In this document: positions 14,247 through 24,462 of the stretch, in pieces
How positions within the stretch are numbered: position 1 is the stretch's first letter
How the letters are laid out: each line of letters begins with the position of its first letter
NCBI GenBank assembly: GCA_043788445.1
Contig: JAYVTW010000079.1
Span: forward strand, 1 to 43,604
Source of the DNA: Methylophilaceae bacterium
GTDB lineage: Bacteria > Pseudomonadota > Gammaproteobacteria > Burkholderiales > Methylophilaceae
Reading direction: 5' to 3'
DNA: 43,604 bases
Position numbers and translations under genes: made by a program
Notes under the pieces: model-generated
Seen by the model: only the letters and a program-made list of their open reading frames with translations
Told to the model about the DNA's origin: nothing
Databases searched by the model: none

Positions 14247-15419
14247 TTATAATAAATTACGTTCAGCCTGATGTATTGCCGCTATTAACTTTTCAATGTC
14301 CTGAAAACTATGTGCTGTAGTTAATGAAATTCGAAGTCTTGCAGTGCCAGCTGGCACAGTAGGCGGCCGTATGGCGGGCACTAAAATATCCAGTGATAGC
14401 AAATAATCACTTAACTGGATTGTTGCCTCATTACTGCCTACTAACAAGGGTTGTATCGCGGACGGCGAATCCATCAATTGCCAGTTTTTTAAGTTTAGTG
14501 ATAGCTTTAATTTAGTGATCAGTTTATTTAAATGTAAACGTAGTGCATCGCCGTTTTTAATAACTGCCAAGGCTTTGGACAATGTATAAGCTAATGCTGG
14601 TGGGGATGCAGTGGTGTAGATATATGAACGCGCTTTTTGTTTTAGGTAATCAATAATTATTTGGTTTGACGCAACAAAAGCACCCGATACTCCAGCAGCT
14701 TTACCCAATGTTGCCATATAAATGATACGTGGCGAACTTAATGCAAAATGACTTAAAGTACCTCGTCCATTTTTACCTAATACACCAAACCCATGTGCAT
14801 CATCTAACAAACAATATGCATCATATTGGTCGCACAATGCCACAATTTTTTTTAATGGCGCAATGTCACCATCCATACTAAAAACCGCATCTAGCACGAT
14901 GAGTTTACGCTTATTGTTGATATCTCCACTAACATTTTTAAGCATACTTTCAAGCTTGGACATATCATTGTGTGGAAAGCGTTGCAAATCTGCACGTGAT
15001 AGTACAGCGGCATCATTAAGTGAAGCATGATTTAATTTATCAGAAAAAATAACATCATGGCGATTTATAAGGCTCGTTACTACACCGATGTTTGCCATGT
15101 AGCCAGAAGAAAACAATAGTGCATCATCCATACCAACAAATTCTGCCAGCTCTTGTTCTAATAGATCATGAAATTGATGATGGCCTGTCACTAGATGCGA
15201 TGCGCCACTGCCTATGCCAGCAAGCTCTACGCCCTGCTGCATAGCAGCTTTAAGCTCAGAATTATTAGCTAACCCTAAATAATCATTACTACAGAATGAC
15301 AATACCGCCTGGTCATCTACCAACACATTTGCAGATTGCGCGCTTTGCAGCAAACGACGCCGACGTGTTAAACCATCGGCCGCTCTCTGCTCTAACTCTG
15401 CCTTCAGCTCAGTGATCAC
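14247..15419 (-). CDS. bioF: 8-amino-7-oxononanoate synthase
   Basis: PLP-dependent enzyme with LLDDAHGFGVLG and the PLP-lysine context TLGKAAGVSGA. Confidence 0.92.
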   Translation of the reverse strand: MITELKAELEQRAADGLTRRRRLLQSAQSANVLVDDQAVLSFCSNDYLGLANNSELKAAMQQGVELAGIGSGASHLVTGHHQFHDLLEQELAEFVGMDDALLFSSGYMANIGVVTSLINRHDVIFSDKLNHASLNDAAVLSRADLQRFPHNDMSKLESMLKNVSGDINNKRKLIVLDAVFSMDGDIAPLKKIVALCDQYDAYCLLDDAHGFGVLGKNGRGTLSHFALSSPRIIYMATLGKAAGVSGAFVASNQIIIDYLKQKARSYIYTTASPPALAYTLSKALAVIKNGDALRLHLNKLITKLKLSLNLKNWQLMDSPSAIQPLLVGSNEATIQLSDYLLSLDILVPAIRPPTVPAGTARLRISLTTAHSFQDIEKLIAAIHQAERNLL

Positions 15420-15430
15420 TTATAAAAATT

Positions 15431-16447
15431 CTAAAGTGGATGAATACCAAGTTTAGCAAACAGCTTCTTATCAGTCGCCGCTTCTGGGTTACCAGTGGTG
15501 AGTAATTTTTCACCATAAAATATTGAGTTTGCTCCAGCTAAAAAACACAAGGCTTGTATGCCTTCATGCATGCTTTGGCGGCCAGCAGATAATCGTACAA
15601 AACTTTGCGGCATGGTAATACGTGCGGCAGCAATAGTACGCACAAACTCAATCGGGTCTAATTCTTCGGTACCATTAAGTGGTGTACCCTCCACTTGTGT
15701 GAGCATGTTAATTGGCACGCTCTCCGGTGGGCGTTCCATATTAGCTAATTGCGCCAGCAAACCAGCACGCTGATTGCGCGATTCGCCCATGCCAACAATG
15801 CCACCACTACATACATGAATATTAGCATTACGTACCCGGCCCAAAGTATCTAAACGATCTTGGTAAGTACGCGTAGTAATCACATCACCATAAAATTCTG
15901 GGGCAGTATCTAGATTATGATTGTAATAATCTAACCCGGCATCTCTCAACTGCTCAGCCTGACCTTCTTTTAACATGCCTAGCGTTGCGCAGGTTTCTAA
16001 ACCCATTGCTTTCACTTCGGCAATCATTTTTAATACTGGGTCTAAATCACGCTGTTTTGGGCCACGCCATGCAGCCCCCATACAGAAGCGGCTTGCACCA
16101 TTATTTTTAGCAACTTTTGCAGCTGCTAACACGTCTTCCAACTTCATAAGCGGCTCGTCTTCCACCTCAGTGTGATAACGTGCAGCTTGTGGGCAATAGC
16201 CGCAATCTTCACTGCAACCACCTGTTTTAATTGATAATAATGTACTGATCTGCACTGCATTAGGATCAAAATTTTCACGGTGAACATTTTGTGCACGATG
16301 AATCAAATCACTAAAAGGTAGTTGAAACAATGCTGCAATTTCCGCTACACTCCAACGGTCAACTGCAACGTTTTGTGTTATTTCATTGTTTGCGCAGCTT
16401 TTTAAACCATTTTTTAAGCCTTGTGTATCAATCACTGCTTCTAGCAT
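15431..16447 (-). CDS. bioB: biotin synthase (radical SAM)
   Basis: Radical SAM motif [10 protein letters not shown] (CxxxCxxC). The ATG at 16445-16447 has a GGAGA about 8 nt upstream, so I prefer it to the TTG at 16462 in the track. Confidence 0.95.
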   Translation of the reverse strand: MLEAVIDTQGLKNGLKSCANNEITQNVAVDRWSVAEIAALFQLPFSDLIHRAQNVHRENFDPNAVQISTLLSIKTGGCSEDCGYCPQAARYHTEVEDEPLMKLEDVLAAAKVAKNNGASRFCMGAAWRGPKQRDLDPVLKMIAEVKAMGLETCATLGMLKEGQAEQLRDAGLDYYNHNLDTAPEFYGDVITTRTYQDRLDTLGRVRNANIHVCSGGIVGMGESRNQRAGLLAQLANMERPPESVPINMLTQVEGTPLNGTEELDPIEFVRTIAAARITMPQSFVRLSAGRQSMHEGIQALCFLAGANSIFYGEKLLTTGNPEAATDKKLFAKLGIHPL

Positions 16448-16782
16448 GTCTCGTTCTCCCAAATAATTTTTATAGCTTTGTTTATCTGACAGAACTTACT
16501 ATCAATGATATGTTTAAGCTATTAATTTATATGAAATTATACGCCGTAAAGTGATAATCAAGCAATTACTGAACAACTGCTTAAATTATAATCATTTATT
16601 ATTTAAGAATATATTTAAATAAAGTTATTTGCTTTTACGATGACGTCATTACTCAAGGTGTTAGCCTCCATGAGCTTGCTAAAACCAACAAAAAAGTGGG
16701 TACAAATCATGTAGAATGCTGGGTAATTGTAATAACTCTTGCTAAATTAAAACCTATTCAAAGATAAAGTCACTAGAAACCA

Positions 16783-17247
16783 ATGTTTCACATCGTTTTG
16801 TTTGAACCAGAAATTCCGCCAAATACTGGCAATATTATTAGACTATGTGCTAACACTGGCACACAGTTACACTTAATAAAGCCATTAGGATTTACGTTGG
16901 AAAATAAGCAACTTAAGCGTGCAGGCTTGGATTATCACGAATTCGCTATGCTAAAAGTGTATGAAAATTGGGCTGCATGCAAAACTGCACTTGCAGGAAA
17001 ACGCCTATTCGCCATCACTACCAAAGGTAGCACACGTCATAGTGACGTTTGTTTTGCTGATGAAGATGTCTTTGTGTTTGGCCCGGAAACTCGAGGCTTA
17101 CCTGAGGAAATTCGCGCTGAGTTTACGCCTGATTATTGTGTAAGATTGCCTATGTTGCCAGAGAGTCGCAGCCTGAATTTATCTAACTCTGCAGCAATAT
17201 TATTGTATGAGGCTTGGCGCCAAATAGGATTTACAACAGCAATTTAA
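16783..17247 (+). CDS. trmL: tRNA (cytidine/uridine34-2'-O)-methyltransferase TrmL (SPOUT family)
   Basis: 154-aa SpoU/YibK-type protein with NTGNIIRLCANTG, GPETRGLP and LNLSNSAAILLYE. Confidence 0.9.
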   Translation: MFHIVLFEPEIPPNTGNIIRLCANTGTQLHLIKPLGFTLENKQLKRAGLDYHEFAMLKVYENWAACKTALAGKRLFAITTKGSTRHSDVCFADEDVFVFGPETRGLPEEIRAEFTPDYCVRLPMLPESRSLNLSNSAAILLYEAWRQIGFTTAI

Positions 17248-17291
17248 GCAAAACTTGACTCCAACATTTTAATAACAACGAAGACTTTGAT

Positions 17292-18299
17292 TTAAAACGC
17301 TTCTGCTTTTTGTTCACGTCCAAGCAGGTCCATCACCGCATCACGGGCAGACTTCCCATGTGACAATGCTTGATCTACCTCATAGGTAATAGGCATATCT
17401 ACGCCAAGTTGTAGTGCGCGACGCATCACCTCACGTGTGGTACTAACACCTTCTGCCACATGACCTAGGCCATGAAGGATATCTGCCAACGTTTTACCTG
17501 ATGCCAGCTGCAAGCCAACCTCACGGTTGCGCGAGTATTGTCCAGTACAGGTTAAAATTAAATCGCCAGCACCTCCCAGACCCATAAAAGTTTCGGCTTT
17601 TGCCCCCAGCGCCACGCCAAAACGGGTGATTTCAGCTAAACCACGCGTAATTAAAGCGGCACGTGCATTATTTCCAAACCCCATACCATCAGAAATACCT
17701 GCGGCAATGGCCATGACGTTTTTCAACGCACCTCCTACAGATACGCCAATCACATCGGTGCTGGTATAAACGCGTAAATTCCCTGCATGAATAAATGCAG
17801 CCGCTTTGATTGCAAATGCTTCCTCATTAGCAGCTAAAGTTATGGCTGTGGGCAGGCCACGCACTAGTTCTGCCGCAAAACTGGGTCCTGATAACGAGCC
17901 CCAGCATTGATGCGGACCTAACTCCTCCAACGCTACCTCATGTGGCAGTTTGGCGGTAACTGGCTCCAAGCCTTTGTGCGCCCAAACCACAGGTAATTCA
18001 CTATTTAGTGCTTTGATATCTTTTAACATTTGGCGAAAACCTGCGGTAGGTACCACCGATAAAATCAAGCTAGCCCCTTTTATTGCTGTAGACAAATCGT
18101 CTTCTACTTGTAAATTATCATTAAATGGAAAATCGCCAAGATACATAGGGTTAGCACGCGCCTTGCGCATGCCCGATACATGACCCGCATTACGCGCCCA
18201 CAATGACACAGGATGTTGTAAGCTGATTTGCATAGCCAGCGCTGTACCCCAAGCACCGGCACCCAACACAGCAATTTTAGAACTTAATAATCTAGACAA
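17292..18299 (-). CDS. gpsA: NAD(P)H-dependent glycerol-3-phosphate dehydrogenase
   Basis: Rossmann motif IAVLGAGAWGTALA. Synteny with secB and grxC as in enterobacteria. Confidence 0.95.
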   Translation of the reverse strand: MSRLLSSKIAVLGAGAWGTALAMQISLQHPVSLWARNAGHVSGMRKARANPMYLGDFPFNDNLQVEDDLSTAIKGASLILSVVPTAGFRQMLKDIKALNSELPVVWAHKGLEPVTAKLPHEVALEELGPHQCWGSLSGPSFAAELVRGLPTAITLAANEEAFAIKAAAFIHAGNLRVYTSTDVIGVSVGGALKNVMAIAAGISDGMGFGNNARAALITRGLAEITRFGVALGAKAETFMGLGGAGDLILTCTGQYSRNREVGLQLASGKTLADILHGLGHVAEGVSTTREVMRRALQLGVDMPITYEVDQALSHGKSARDAVMDLLGREQKAEAF

Positions 18300-18337
18300 C
18301 TAGTTTTCACCATTTTGTTTGCTGACTGGTTCACTCA

Positions 18338-18826
18338 TTAATTAGCTCCCCAGACACTAGTAATTAAAATATATCCTGTAATGCCATCACGATGATGTAC
18401 TTTTAGCCAGCCGTTTTTAGTATTGGCTTCCAGTAAATCTAGCACGACATCTTTGTCAACGATAGCTAATAAGGCCGAATCAACATCTGCTGATTGCTTG
18501 ATTTCTGCATGATTGCTAGTGACTAAAATGGTATGTTTAGTCGACAGCACCCTAGCCTCTAACCAATTTAGGCCGCCTTGATTATCGCGTACCTTAAGCC
18601 AATCACCCAGATTAACAATGACTTCAACTGGGAAGCCAAGGCTCACGATATATAGTTTATTGGCATTAGCTGAGGGGGCATCCAGCATTACCGCTTTAGC
18701 AATCGCGACTGAACGATACTCTAAAGCTTGTGAAGGTTTTATAACAACTGGCGCCAAAAAACCAGTAAAAAAAATAAAAGCTAACCCGTAAATCACTTTG
18801 CCTTTTTTTATGGATCTAGGCGTCAT
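18338..18826 (-). CDS. exported or membrane-anchored protein with two bacterial SH3-like segments
   Basis: N-terminal hydrophobic segment. Two segments of the form GDWLKVRD and NGWLKVHHRDGITGYI, typical of SH3b domains. Confidence 0.55.
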   Translation of the reverse strand: MTPRSIKKGKVIYGLAFIFFTGFLAPVVIKPSQALEYRSVAIAKAVMLDAPSANANKLYIVSLGFPVEVIVNLGDWLKVRDNQGGLNWLEARVLSTKHTILVTSNHAEIKQSADVDSALLAIVDKDVVLDLLEANTKNGWLKVHHRDGITGYILITSVWGAN

Positions 18827-18873
18827 ATTGAATTTAAACCAAGTGAAAGCTTATTTAGCTATTAGTTTAGCTA

Positions 18874-19347
18874 TTAATTTAACTTTGCACTGTCTTGTTC
18901 TTTTTGTTGCATATACAACGCTTCAAAATTGATAGGGTTAAGCAATACTGGCGCAAAACCAGCACGAACCACTAAATCAGATACCGCCTCGCGCGCATAG
19001 GGAAATAAGATATTGGGGCAAGTGATGGCAATAATCATTTCCATGTTTTCTTCTGGTACATTACGTACGGCAAAAATACCTGCTTGTGAAACTTCTACCA
19101 AAAATGCTGTTTTATCACCAATTTTTGCAGTCACTGTCACTTTAATAGCCACTTCATGGATGCCTTCACCTAGAGTTTGTGTGGCATTAGCAAGCTCGAT
19201 ACTCACTTGTGGAGCTTCTCGCTCTGTAAAGATTTGTGGTGCATTTGGTATTTCTACTGAAGCATCTTTAATATAAAGTTTTTCAATACTAAAAGCTGGT
19301 TGTTCTGCTGGGCTGTTTGTTGCTTGCACTTCATCTTCTTTTGCCAT
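18874..19347 (-). CDS. secB: protein-export chaperone SecB
   Basis: FSIEKLYIKDASVEIPNAP matches the SecB N-terminal core. About 157 aa with an acidic C-terminus. Confidence 0.93.
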   Translation of the reverse strand: MAKEDEVQATNSPAEQPAFSIEKLYIKDASVEIPNAPQIFTEREAPQVSIELANATQTLGEGIHEVAIKVTVTAKIGDKTAFLVEVSQAGIFAVRNVPEENMEMIIAITCPNILFPYAREAVSDLVVRAGFAPVLLNPINFEALYMQQKEQDSAKLN

Positions 19348-19484
19348 GTTGCTTCCTAAAATGTGCGCGAATACGCTTAAAGTTGGGGATTAATTCAAAA
19401 TAAATATAATATAAAAACTATAACTTACCATTCTAACTTCAAAAGATGTTTTTTTAAATGAAAGCTTCTTCTTTAAGGACTAGA

Positions 19485-19739
19485 TTAAACCAGTAGTGGA
19501 TCCAACTTGCCTGCCATATCTAGAGCGCGTAACTCTTCAAAACCACCAATATGTTGATCACCGATATAAATCTGTGGCACAGTGCGACGCCCAGTTTTTT
19601 CCATCATTAATTTCCGTTGCTCGGGCTCTAAGTCAACACGGATTTTGTTAATGTTAGCCACCCCTTTACTCAACAACAAGCGCTCCGCATTAATGCAAAA
19701 TGGGCATACGTCCGTGCTATACATTACGATATTTGCCAT
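19485..19739 (-). CDS. grxC: glutaredoxin 3
   Basis: CPFC active site and TVPQIYIGDQHIGG. I prefer the start at MANIVMY to the upstream ATG at 19769, which abuts the rhodanese stop. Confidence 0.9.
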   Translation of the reverse strand: MANIVMYSTDVCPFCINAERLLLSKGVANINKIRVDLEPEQRKLMMEKTGRRTVPQIYIGDQHIGGFEELRALDMAGKLDPLLV

Positions 19740-19769
19740 AGTATTTTTTTGATTACTCTCTAAAATCAT

Positions 19770-20186
19770 TTATGCTTTAACCAATGGTAAATTAGCCTGT
19801 GTCCAGGCATTTAAGCCCCCTTGCAAATTATGCAATTGTTTAAACTCAAGCTTACGCAATGTGTTACAAGCTTTAGCAGAGCGCATACCGGACTGGCAGT
19901 TCACAATAACTGGTTTATCTTTATATTTTTGGATTTCCTTTAAGCGGCTGTCTAAATCAGCTAAGGGGATATGTTTTGCGCCTGTAATGTGACCGATAGT
20001 AAACTCAGCCTCATCTCGCACATCCAAAATTAATACATTTGCGCGATTCATCAATAAAACCGCTTCATTTGGTGTCAGGTTAGCCGCGCCACTACTTCCG
20101 CCACGATTAAACATAGGCCATAGCAACATAGCACCAGAACCTAGAGCTAAACCGATTAACATCACATTATGTTTAAAAAATTCCAT
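19770..20186 (-). CDS. membrane-anchored rhodanese-domain sulfurtransferase (YibN-like)
   Basis: N-terminal TM helix. Rhodanese active-site loop CQSGMRS. Sits beside grxC as yibN does in E. coli. Confidence 0.85.
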   Translation of the reverse strand: MEFFKHNVMLIGLALGSGAMLLWPMFNRGGSSGAANLTPNEAVLLMNRANVLILDVRDEAEFTIGHITGAKHIPLADLDSRLKEIQKYKDKPVIVNCQSGMRSAKACNTLRKLEFKQLHNLQGGLNAWTQANLPLVKA

Positions 20187-20287
20187 CTAATTTCCTTTAG
20201 CAAACTCTGTTAATTCTATTACTTAAGACCACTACATTCATTATAATGGATTTAATATCTTTATCATTTACGCTGGACTGCTAAATT

Positions 20288-21832
20288 ATGAATACAACTT
20301 CTGTTATTTTGCTCATACTCGATGGTTTTGGCTATCGCGAAGAGACCGCTGACAATGCCGTTGCTCTAGCGCACAAACCCAATTGGGATCAATTATGGCG
20401 CACACAACCACATACGCTGATTAACGCATCGGAGCATTATGTAGGCTTACCTGATGGCCAAATGGGAAACTCTGAGGTTGGTCATTTAAATATTGGGGCT
20501 GGACGTGTAGTTTTTCAAGAGTTTGAACGTATTAATAATAGCATTGCAAATGGTGAATTTTTTAAGCACCCTCAATTAGTTGCGGCCTTGCAGAACTTAA
20601 AAGCAACAGACAAAGCCCTGCATATTTTAGGTCTGTTATCAGATGGCGGTGTGCATAGCCACCAAGAGCATATTCACGCGATGGTGAAAATGGCAGCACA
20701 GCAAGGTCTAAGCAAAGTTTATATTCATGCATTTTTAGATGGTCGAGATACGCCGCCTATAAGCGCACAACCTTACATTACCGCACTTGAAAATGAATGT
20801 GAAAAATTGGGCGTAGGAAAAATCATCTCAGTGAGTGGGCGATTTTATAGTATGGACCGCGATAAACGCTGGCCACGTGTAGAAGCTGCTTATGCATTAA
20901 TTACTGAAGCTATGGGCGAATTTACTGCTGCGAGCGCCTCTGAAGCCCTCTATGCAGCCTACGCACGGGGAGAAAATGATGAGTTTGTAAAATGTACCGC
21001 GATACGCAGACCGGGTGAAGCACCTATCCATCTGGACAATGGTGACCTAGTTGTCTATATGAACTTTCGGTCTGATCGTGCACGACAATTGACGCATGCG
21101 ATTTTAGCCGACCATTTTGATGGCTTTCATCGTCGTCACGTTCCCAAACTCAGTGGCTACTTTACGCTAACGATGTATGACCAAAAAGAAACAAAAACCA
21201 CTGCGATTTTTCCTCCACATGAAGTCTGTAACACGTTTGGAGAGCATTTATCGTCATTAGGTTTAACCCAATTACGTATTGCCGAAACCGAAAAATATCC
21301 GCATGTAACGTTTTTCTTTAATGGTGGTGACGAGACTATATTCACTGGAGAGGACCGCATATTGGTACCTTCGCCACATGTAGCAACGTATGATTTGCAA
21401 CCAGAAATGAGTGCATTTGAATTGACTGACCGACTGGTAGAGTCGATTTTAAGTAAAAAATACAATGCAATTATTTGTAATTATGCTAATGGGGATATGG
21501 TTGGGCACACTGGCAATTTACAGGCTACGATTAAAGCAATTGAAACGCTCGATAGTTGTATTGGTCGGGTTGTAGAAGCTATGCAAAGCATCGGTGGTGA
21601 AATGATTATTACAGCTGATCACGGCAACGCCGAAGTAATGCTAGATAACGAGCATCACCAACCGCATACACAGCACACTGTGAATAAAGTTCCCTTAATC
21701 TATGTAGGCCGCAAAGCCACACTAAGTAATGAAGGTGCATTATCGAATATCGCCCCGACTTTACTGCACATGATGGGCATTAGTCAACCTGCGGAAATGA
21801 CCGGAAAAAGCTTAATTACATTTGATGTTTAA
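20288..21832 (+). CDS. gpmI: 2,3-bisphosphoglycerate-independent phosphoglycerate mutase
   Basis: Motifs LDGFG, NSEVGHLNIGAGR and TADHGNAE. 514 aa. Confidence 0.95.
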   Translation: MNTTSVILLILDGFGYREETADNAVALAHKPNWDQLWRTQPHTLINASEHYVGLPDGQMGNSEVGHLNIGAGRVVFQEFERINNSIANGEFFKHPQLVAALQNLKATDKALHILGLLSDGGVHSHQEHIHAMVKMAAQQGLSKVYIHAFLDGRDTPPISAQPYITALENECEKLGVGKIISVSGRFYSMDRDKRWPRVEAAYALITEAMGEFTAASASEALYAAYARGENDEFVKCTAIRRPGEAPIHLDNGDLVVYMNFRSDRARQLTHAILADHFDGFHRRHVPKLSGYFTLTMYDQKETKTTAIFPPHEVCNTFGEHLSSLGLTQLRIAETEKYPHVTFFFNGGDETIFTGEDRILVPSPHVATYDLQPEMSAFELTDRLVESILSKKYNAIICNYANGDMVGHTGNLQATIKAIETLDSCIGRVVEAMQSIGGEMIITADHGNAEVMLDNEHHQPHTQHTVNKVPLIYVGRKATLSNEGALSNIAPTLLHMMGISQPAEMTGKSLITFDV

Positions 21833-23144
21833 GCGTTTGATTTACAGGCTAGTATTGATAGATTTTGTTAGCAGCATGCTTGGCATATGCTTGCTATGTG
21901 TACTCTCGCTTCAAATCTTACCTGCTTTTGCAGCAAAAGAAGTCGATACCGCTAAAGACTCACTTAACAATTTACATCAGCGGATTGATGTACTTAAGAA
22001 AGAGCTTGATCACTCACAAGCAGCTCATAAAGATGCTGCCGATGCACTACAACAAAGCGAACAAGCGATTAGTGAAGCCAATAAAAGCATGTATGAAATC
22101 AGCAATCAGCAAAAAGAAAAGAAAAGTACATTAGCCCAGCTTAAACTTCAATCGTTCTCTCTCAACAACACCTTAGAACAACAACAAAAGCTACTAAGCG
22201 CGCAGCTTTACGACCAGTACTTGCACGGCAAGCCAAGTTACACGGAGATACTGTTACAAAATCAGGATCCAAGCAAAATTGCGCGTGATTTGTATTACTT
22301 TTCATATGTAGCAAAAGCGCGTGCCAAATTAATCTTACAAATGCAAGGTAACTTGAATCAAGTCGCCAAACTTAATGACCAAACCACTGCAGCATTAAAT
22401 CAAGTGCTTGAGCTTAAAAAACGTCAGGAATTAGCACGCTTAAAATTACAAGCACAGAAGCAAGCCAAATCTAAAGTCGTTAACTCACTTTCAAAACAAA
22501 TTGCGTCACAACGTAATGAAATAACCAAACTCACGCGTGATGAGAAAAACCTATCGCAATTGGTGGAACGTTTAGCCAGAATAACCCTTAAAATGTCCGT
22601 CAACAAAAATAAATTAAATAAAAATAAGACCGCCAAGAGTCCCCATAAACCTAATACTGACGACGACAACATAGACAGTAACTCACAAAATAAAACCGCT
22701 GTGGCAAGTAACACTGCATTACCAAGTAACGAGTTCAACGGTTTAGATTTTGCAGCGCTTAAAGGCAAACTCAACCTGCCCGTACGCGGTGAAATAATGA
22801 ATCACTTTGGTGCAAGCCGCGAAGACACTGGTATTTCGTGGAAAGGCTTATTTATTAAATCGGCTGAAGGTAGCGAAGTTAAATCAGTTGCGAGTGGTCG
22901 TGTAGTATTTGCCGACTGGATGCGCGGCTTTGGTAACTTAATTATTGTTAACCACGGCAATGGCTATATGAGCTTGTATGGCAACAACCAAGCTGTCTTG
23001 CGTAAGGTCGGCGATGAGGTGAGTGCCGGCGATGCAATCGCTTTAGTTGGCAATAGTGGTGGGAACTTGGTAAATGGCTTGTACTACGAATTACGCAAAC
23101 AGAGTAAACCGTTTGATCCAATGAGTTGGAGTATCATCAGATAA
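21822..23144 (+). CDS. envC: murein hydrolase activator EnvC-like (coiled coil plus degenerate LytM/M23 domain)
   Basis: Signal or TM segment, a long Q/K/L-rich coiled coil and a C-terminal M23 fold (VNHGNGYMSLYGNN). The usual metal-binding His of the xYxHL motif is replaced, as in non-catalytic EnvC. Follows gpmI as in E. coli. Confidence 0.8.
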   Translation: MMFKRLIYRLVLIDFVSSMLGICLLCVLSLQILPAFAAKEVDTAKDSLNNLHQRIDVLKKELDHSQAAHKDAADALQQSEQAISEANKSMYEISNQQKEKKSTLAQLKLQSFSLNNTLEQQQKLLSAQLYDQYLHGKPSYTEILLQNQDPSKIARDLYYFSYVAKARAKLILQMQGNLNQVAKLNDQTTAALNQVLELKKRQELARLKLQAQKQAKSKVVNSLSKQIASQRNEITKLTRDEKNLSQLVERLARITLKMSVNKNKLNKNKTAKSPHKPNTDDDNIDSNSQNKTAVASNTALPSNEFNGLDFAALKGKLNLPVRGEIMNHFGASREDTGISWKGLFIKSAEGSEVKSVASGRVVFADWMRGFGNLIIVNHGNGYMSLYGNNQAVLRKVGDEVSAGDAIALVGNSGGNLVNGLYYELRKQSKPFDPMSWSIIR

Positions 23145-23162
23145 ACGAATAGTTTGGGCAAT

Positions 23163-23188
23163 AAAAAAACGCATGGTTTCACATGCGC
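23163..23188 (-). terminator. candidate rho-independent terminator of the small lipoprotein gene
   Basis: On the minus-strand RNA, stem CGCAUG/CAUGCG (plus a G-U closing pair) with a 6-nt loop is followed by a run of 7 U. It lies 44 nt after the stop at 23232. Confidence 0.5.
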
Positions 23189-23231
23189 ATTTACTTACAA
23201 GCAATCTAATATAATTAGGTTTTGACTAAAG

Positions 23232-23528
23232 TTATTTAGCTGCTTCTTTTTTTGCTGCATCGACTACATCTACGGCCTTATCTTTCGCTTCAACCGCTTT
23301 TACTTTAGCTTCCGTTGCTGCTTTTACAGTTGCATCAGCCGCGGCTTTTGTTACTTCTTCAGTTTTCTCGGCTGCTTTTTTAGCGGCATCCATAGTACTT
23401 TTTGCTATTTCAGTTACGGCGGCACCTGCGGCTTCTGCTGCTTTATCAGTTTCATTTTTTTCTGCACAACCCACTAATAATATAGTTGTAATTGATGCAC
23501 CTAACAGCATACGTAATAATATATTCAT
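23232..23528 (-). CDS. small Ala/Lys/Glu-rich lipoprotein of unknown function
   Basis: The ATG at 23526-23528 is preceded by AAGGAG. Signal peptide with lipobox LLVGC. The mature part is low-complexity and predicted helical (KAA/EAK/KAV repeats). Confidence 0.65.
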   Translation of the reverse strand: MNILLRMLLGASITTILLVGCAEKNETDKAAEAAGAAVTEIAKSTMDAAKKAAEKTEEVTKAAADATVKAATEAKVKAVEAKDKAVDVVDAAKKEAAK

Positions 23529-24042
23529 GTAAATCTCCTTAAAGTACTTTTGTAACCAAAATTTCATTTATTTCTACATCTTTAAATATTAACCATGCAT
23601 GTTAAAGTAGTCTACCACCATCATACATTCTTAGAGACAAGCAATATTTACACCATGCTATGTCCAAACCTTTCTTACAAAAGTAGTCTTAATATTTTCA
23701 CCTTGTACATAGGCTTCAAATTCATGTGGATTTTTCTTGTAACCATGACGAATTGCCTAATAATACATTCATAGACTCATTGAATTATGATACTGAACAA
23801 CATGTGTAATTTGATGTTATGGCAGTTTCATTCCTGCCACTGTATTAGATTTATAAATGCTTTTTCGATAATAAATAAGCTGCTTAGCAACACATCAGCC
23901 ATATTTTCTAATAAACAGAATAGTAACTTTCCTTTTCAATACGCGCATTTTTTAAAACTGATTGTGGGAAATAGTATTGATAAATCAAAAGTTAATGCAC
24001 ATTTATTGGGCGGGCACTCCCCGATGGATAACCAAAGATTTT

Positions 24043-24462
24043 CTATTCGCCTATCAAATGAAGCAATATATTACGCTTACTTTTCACTTGTCGATGCTCA
24101 AACAAGAAAATACCCTGCCACTGCCCAAGTGCAACTTTACCGTTATCCACGGGAATAGAAAGACTGGTTTGCGTTAAAGCACTACGAACATGAGCAGGCA
24201 TATCATCTGGGCCCTCCACAGTATGAATAAATAGCGCATCACCATCAGGAACTAAACGATTAAAGAAAGCCTCCATGTCCACTAATACATCAGAATCGTA
24301 ATTTTCATTGATCAGCAGACTGGCTGAAGTGTGCTGAATAAAAAGCGTAAGTAGTCCTGTTGCGATAGATTGACTGGCAACCCATTGGGTAGTATCTGGC
24401 GTAATATCATAGAGTCTTCGTCCATGGGTATTGTAAATAAGTTGATGCTTGAATTGATGCAT
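24043..24462 (-). CDS. YjbQ/UPF0047 family protein (secondary thiamine-phosphate synthase-like)
   Basis: Family-typical segments LLTLFIQHTSASLLINEN, GPDDMPAHVRSAL and GQWQGIFLFEHR. I prefer the ATG at 24460-24462 to the TTG at 24474. Confidence 0.85.
   Translation of the reverse strand: MHQFKHQLIYNTHGRRLYDITPDTTQWVASQSIATGLLTLFIQHTSASLLINENYDSDVLVDMEAFFNRLVPDGDALFIHTVEGPDDMPAHVRSALTQTSLSIPVDNGKVALGQWQGIFLFEHRQVKSKRNILLHLIGE

Noticed and set aside
16463-16782. bioB-trmL divergent region, searched for a BirA-type bio operator. Found ATAGCTT (16472-16478) / AAGCTAT (16516-16522) arms and a 10-bp palindrome ATGACGTCAT (16640-16649).
   Set aside because: The 7-bp arms are 37 nt apart and do not resemble the TGTAAACC-type half-sites I know. 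A 10-bp palindrome in AT-rich DNA is weak evidence on its own.
18854-18877. Near-perfect 12-bp tandem repeat (TTTAGCTATTAg/TTTAGCTATTAa) overlapping the secB stop codon.
   Set aside because: There are only two short copies in AT-rich spacer DNA, with no further copies seen in the window. It is most simply a slippage product of no evident function.
23787-24177. Track ORFs 23787-24158 and 23962-24177 (plus strand).
   Set aside because: Their 3' parts run antisense through the conserved YjbQ coding region. They have low-complexity AT-driven composition, no RBS and mutually overlapping frames.
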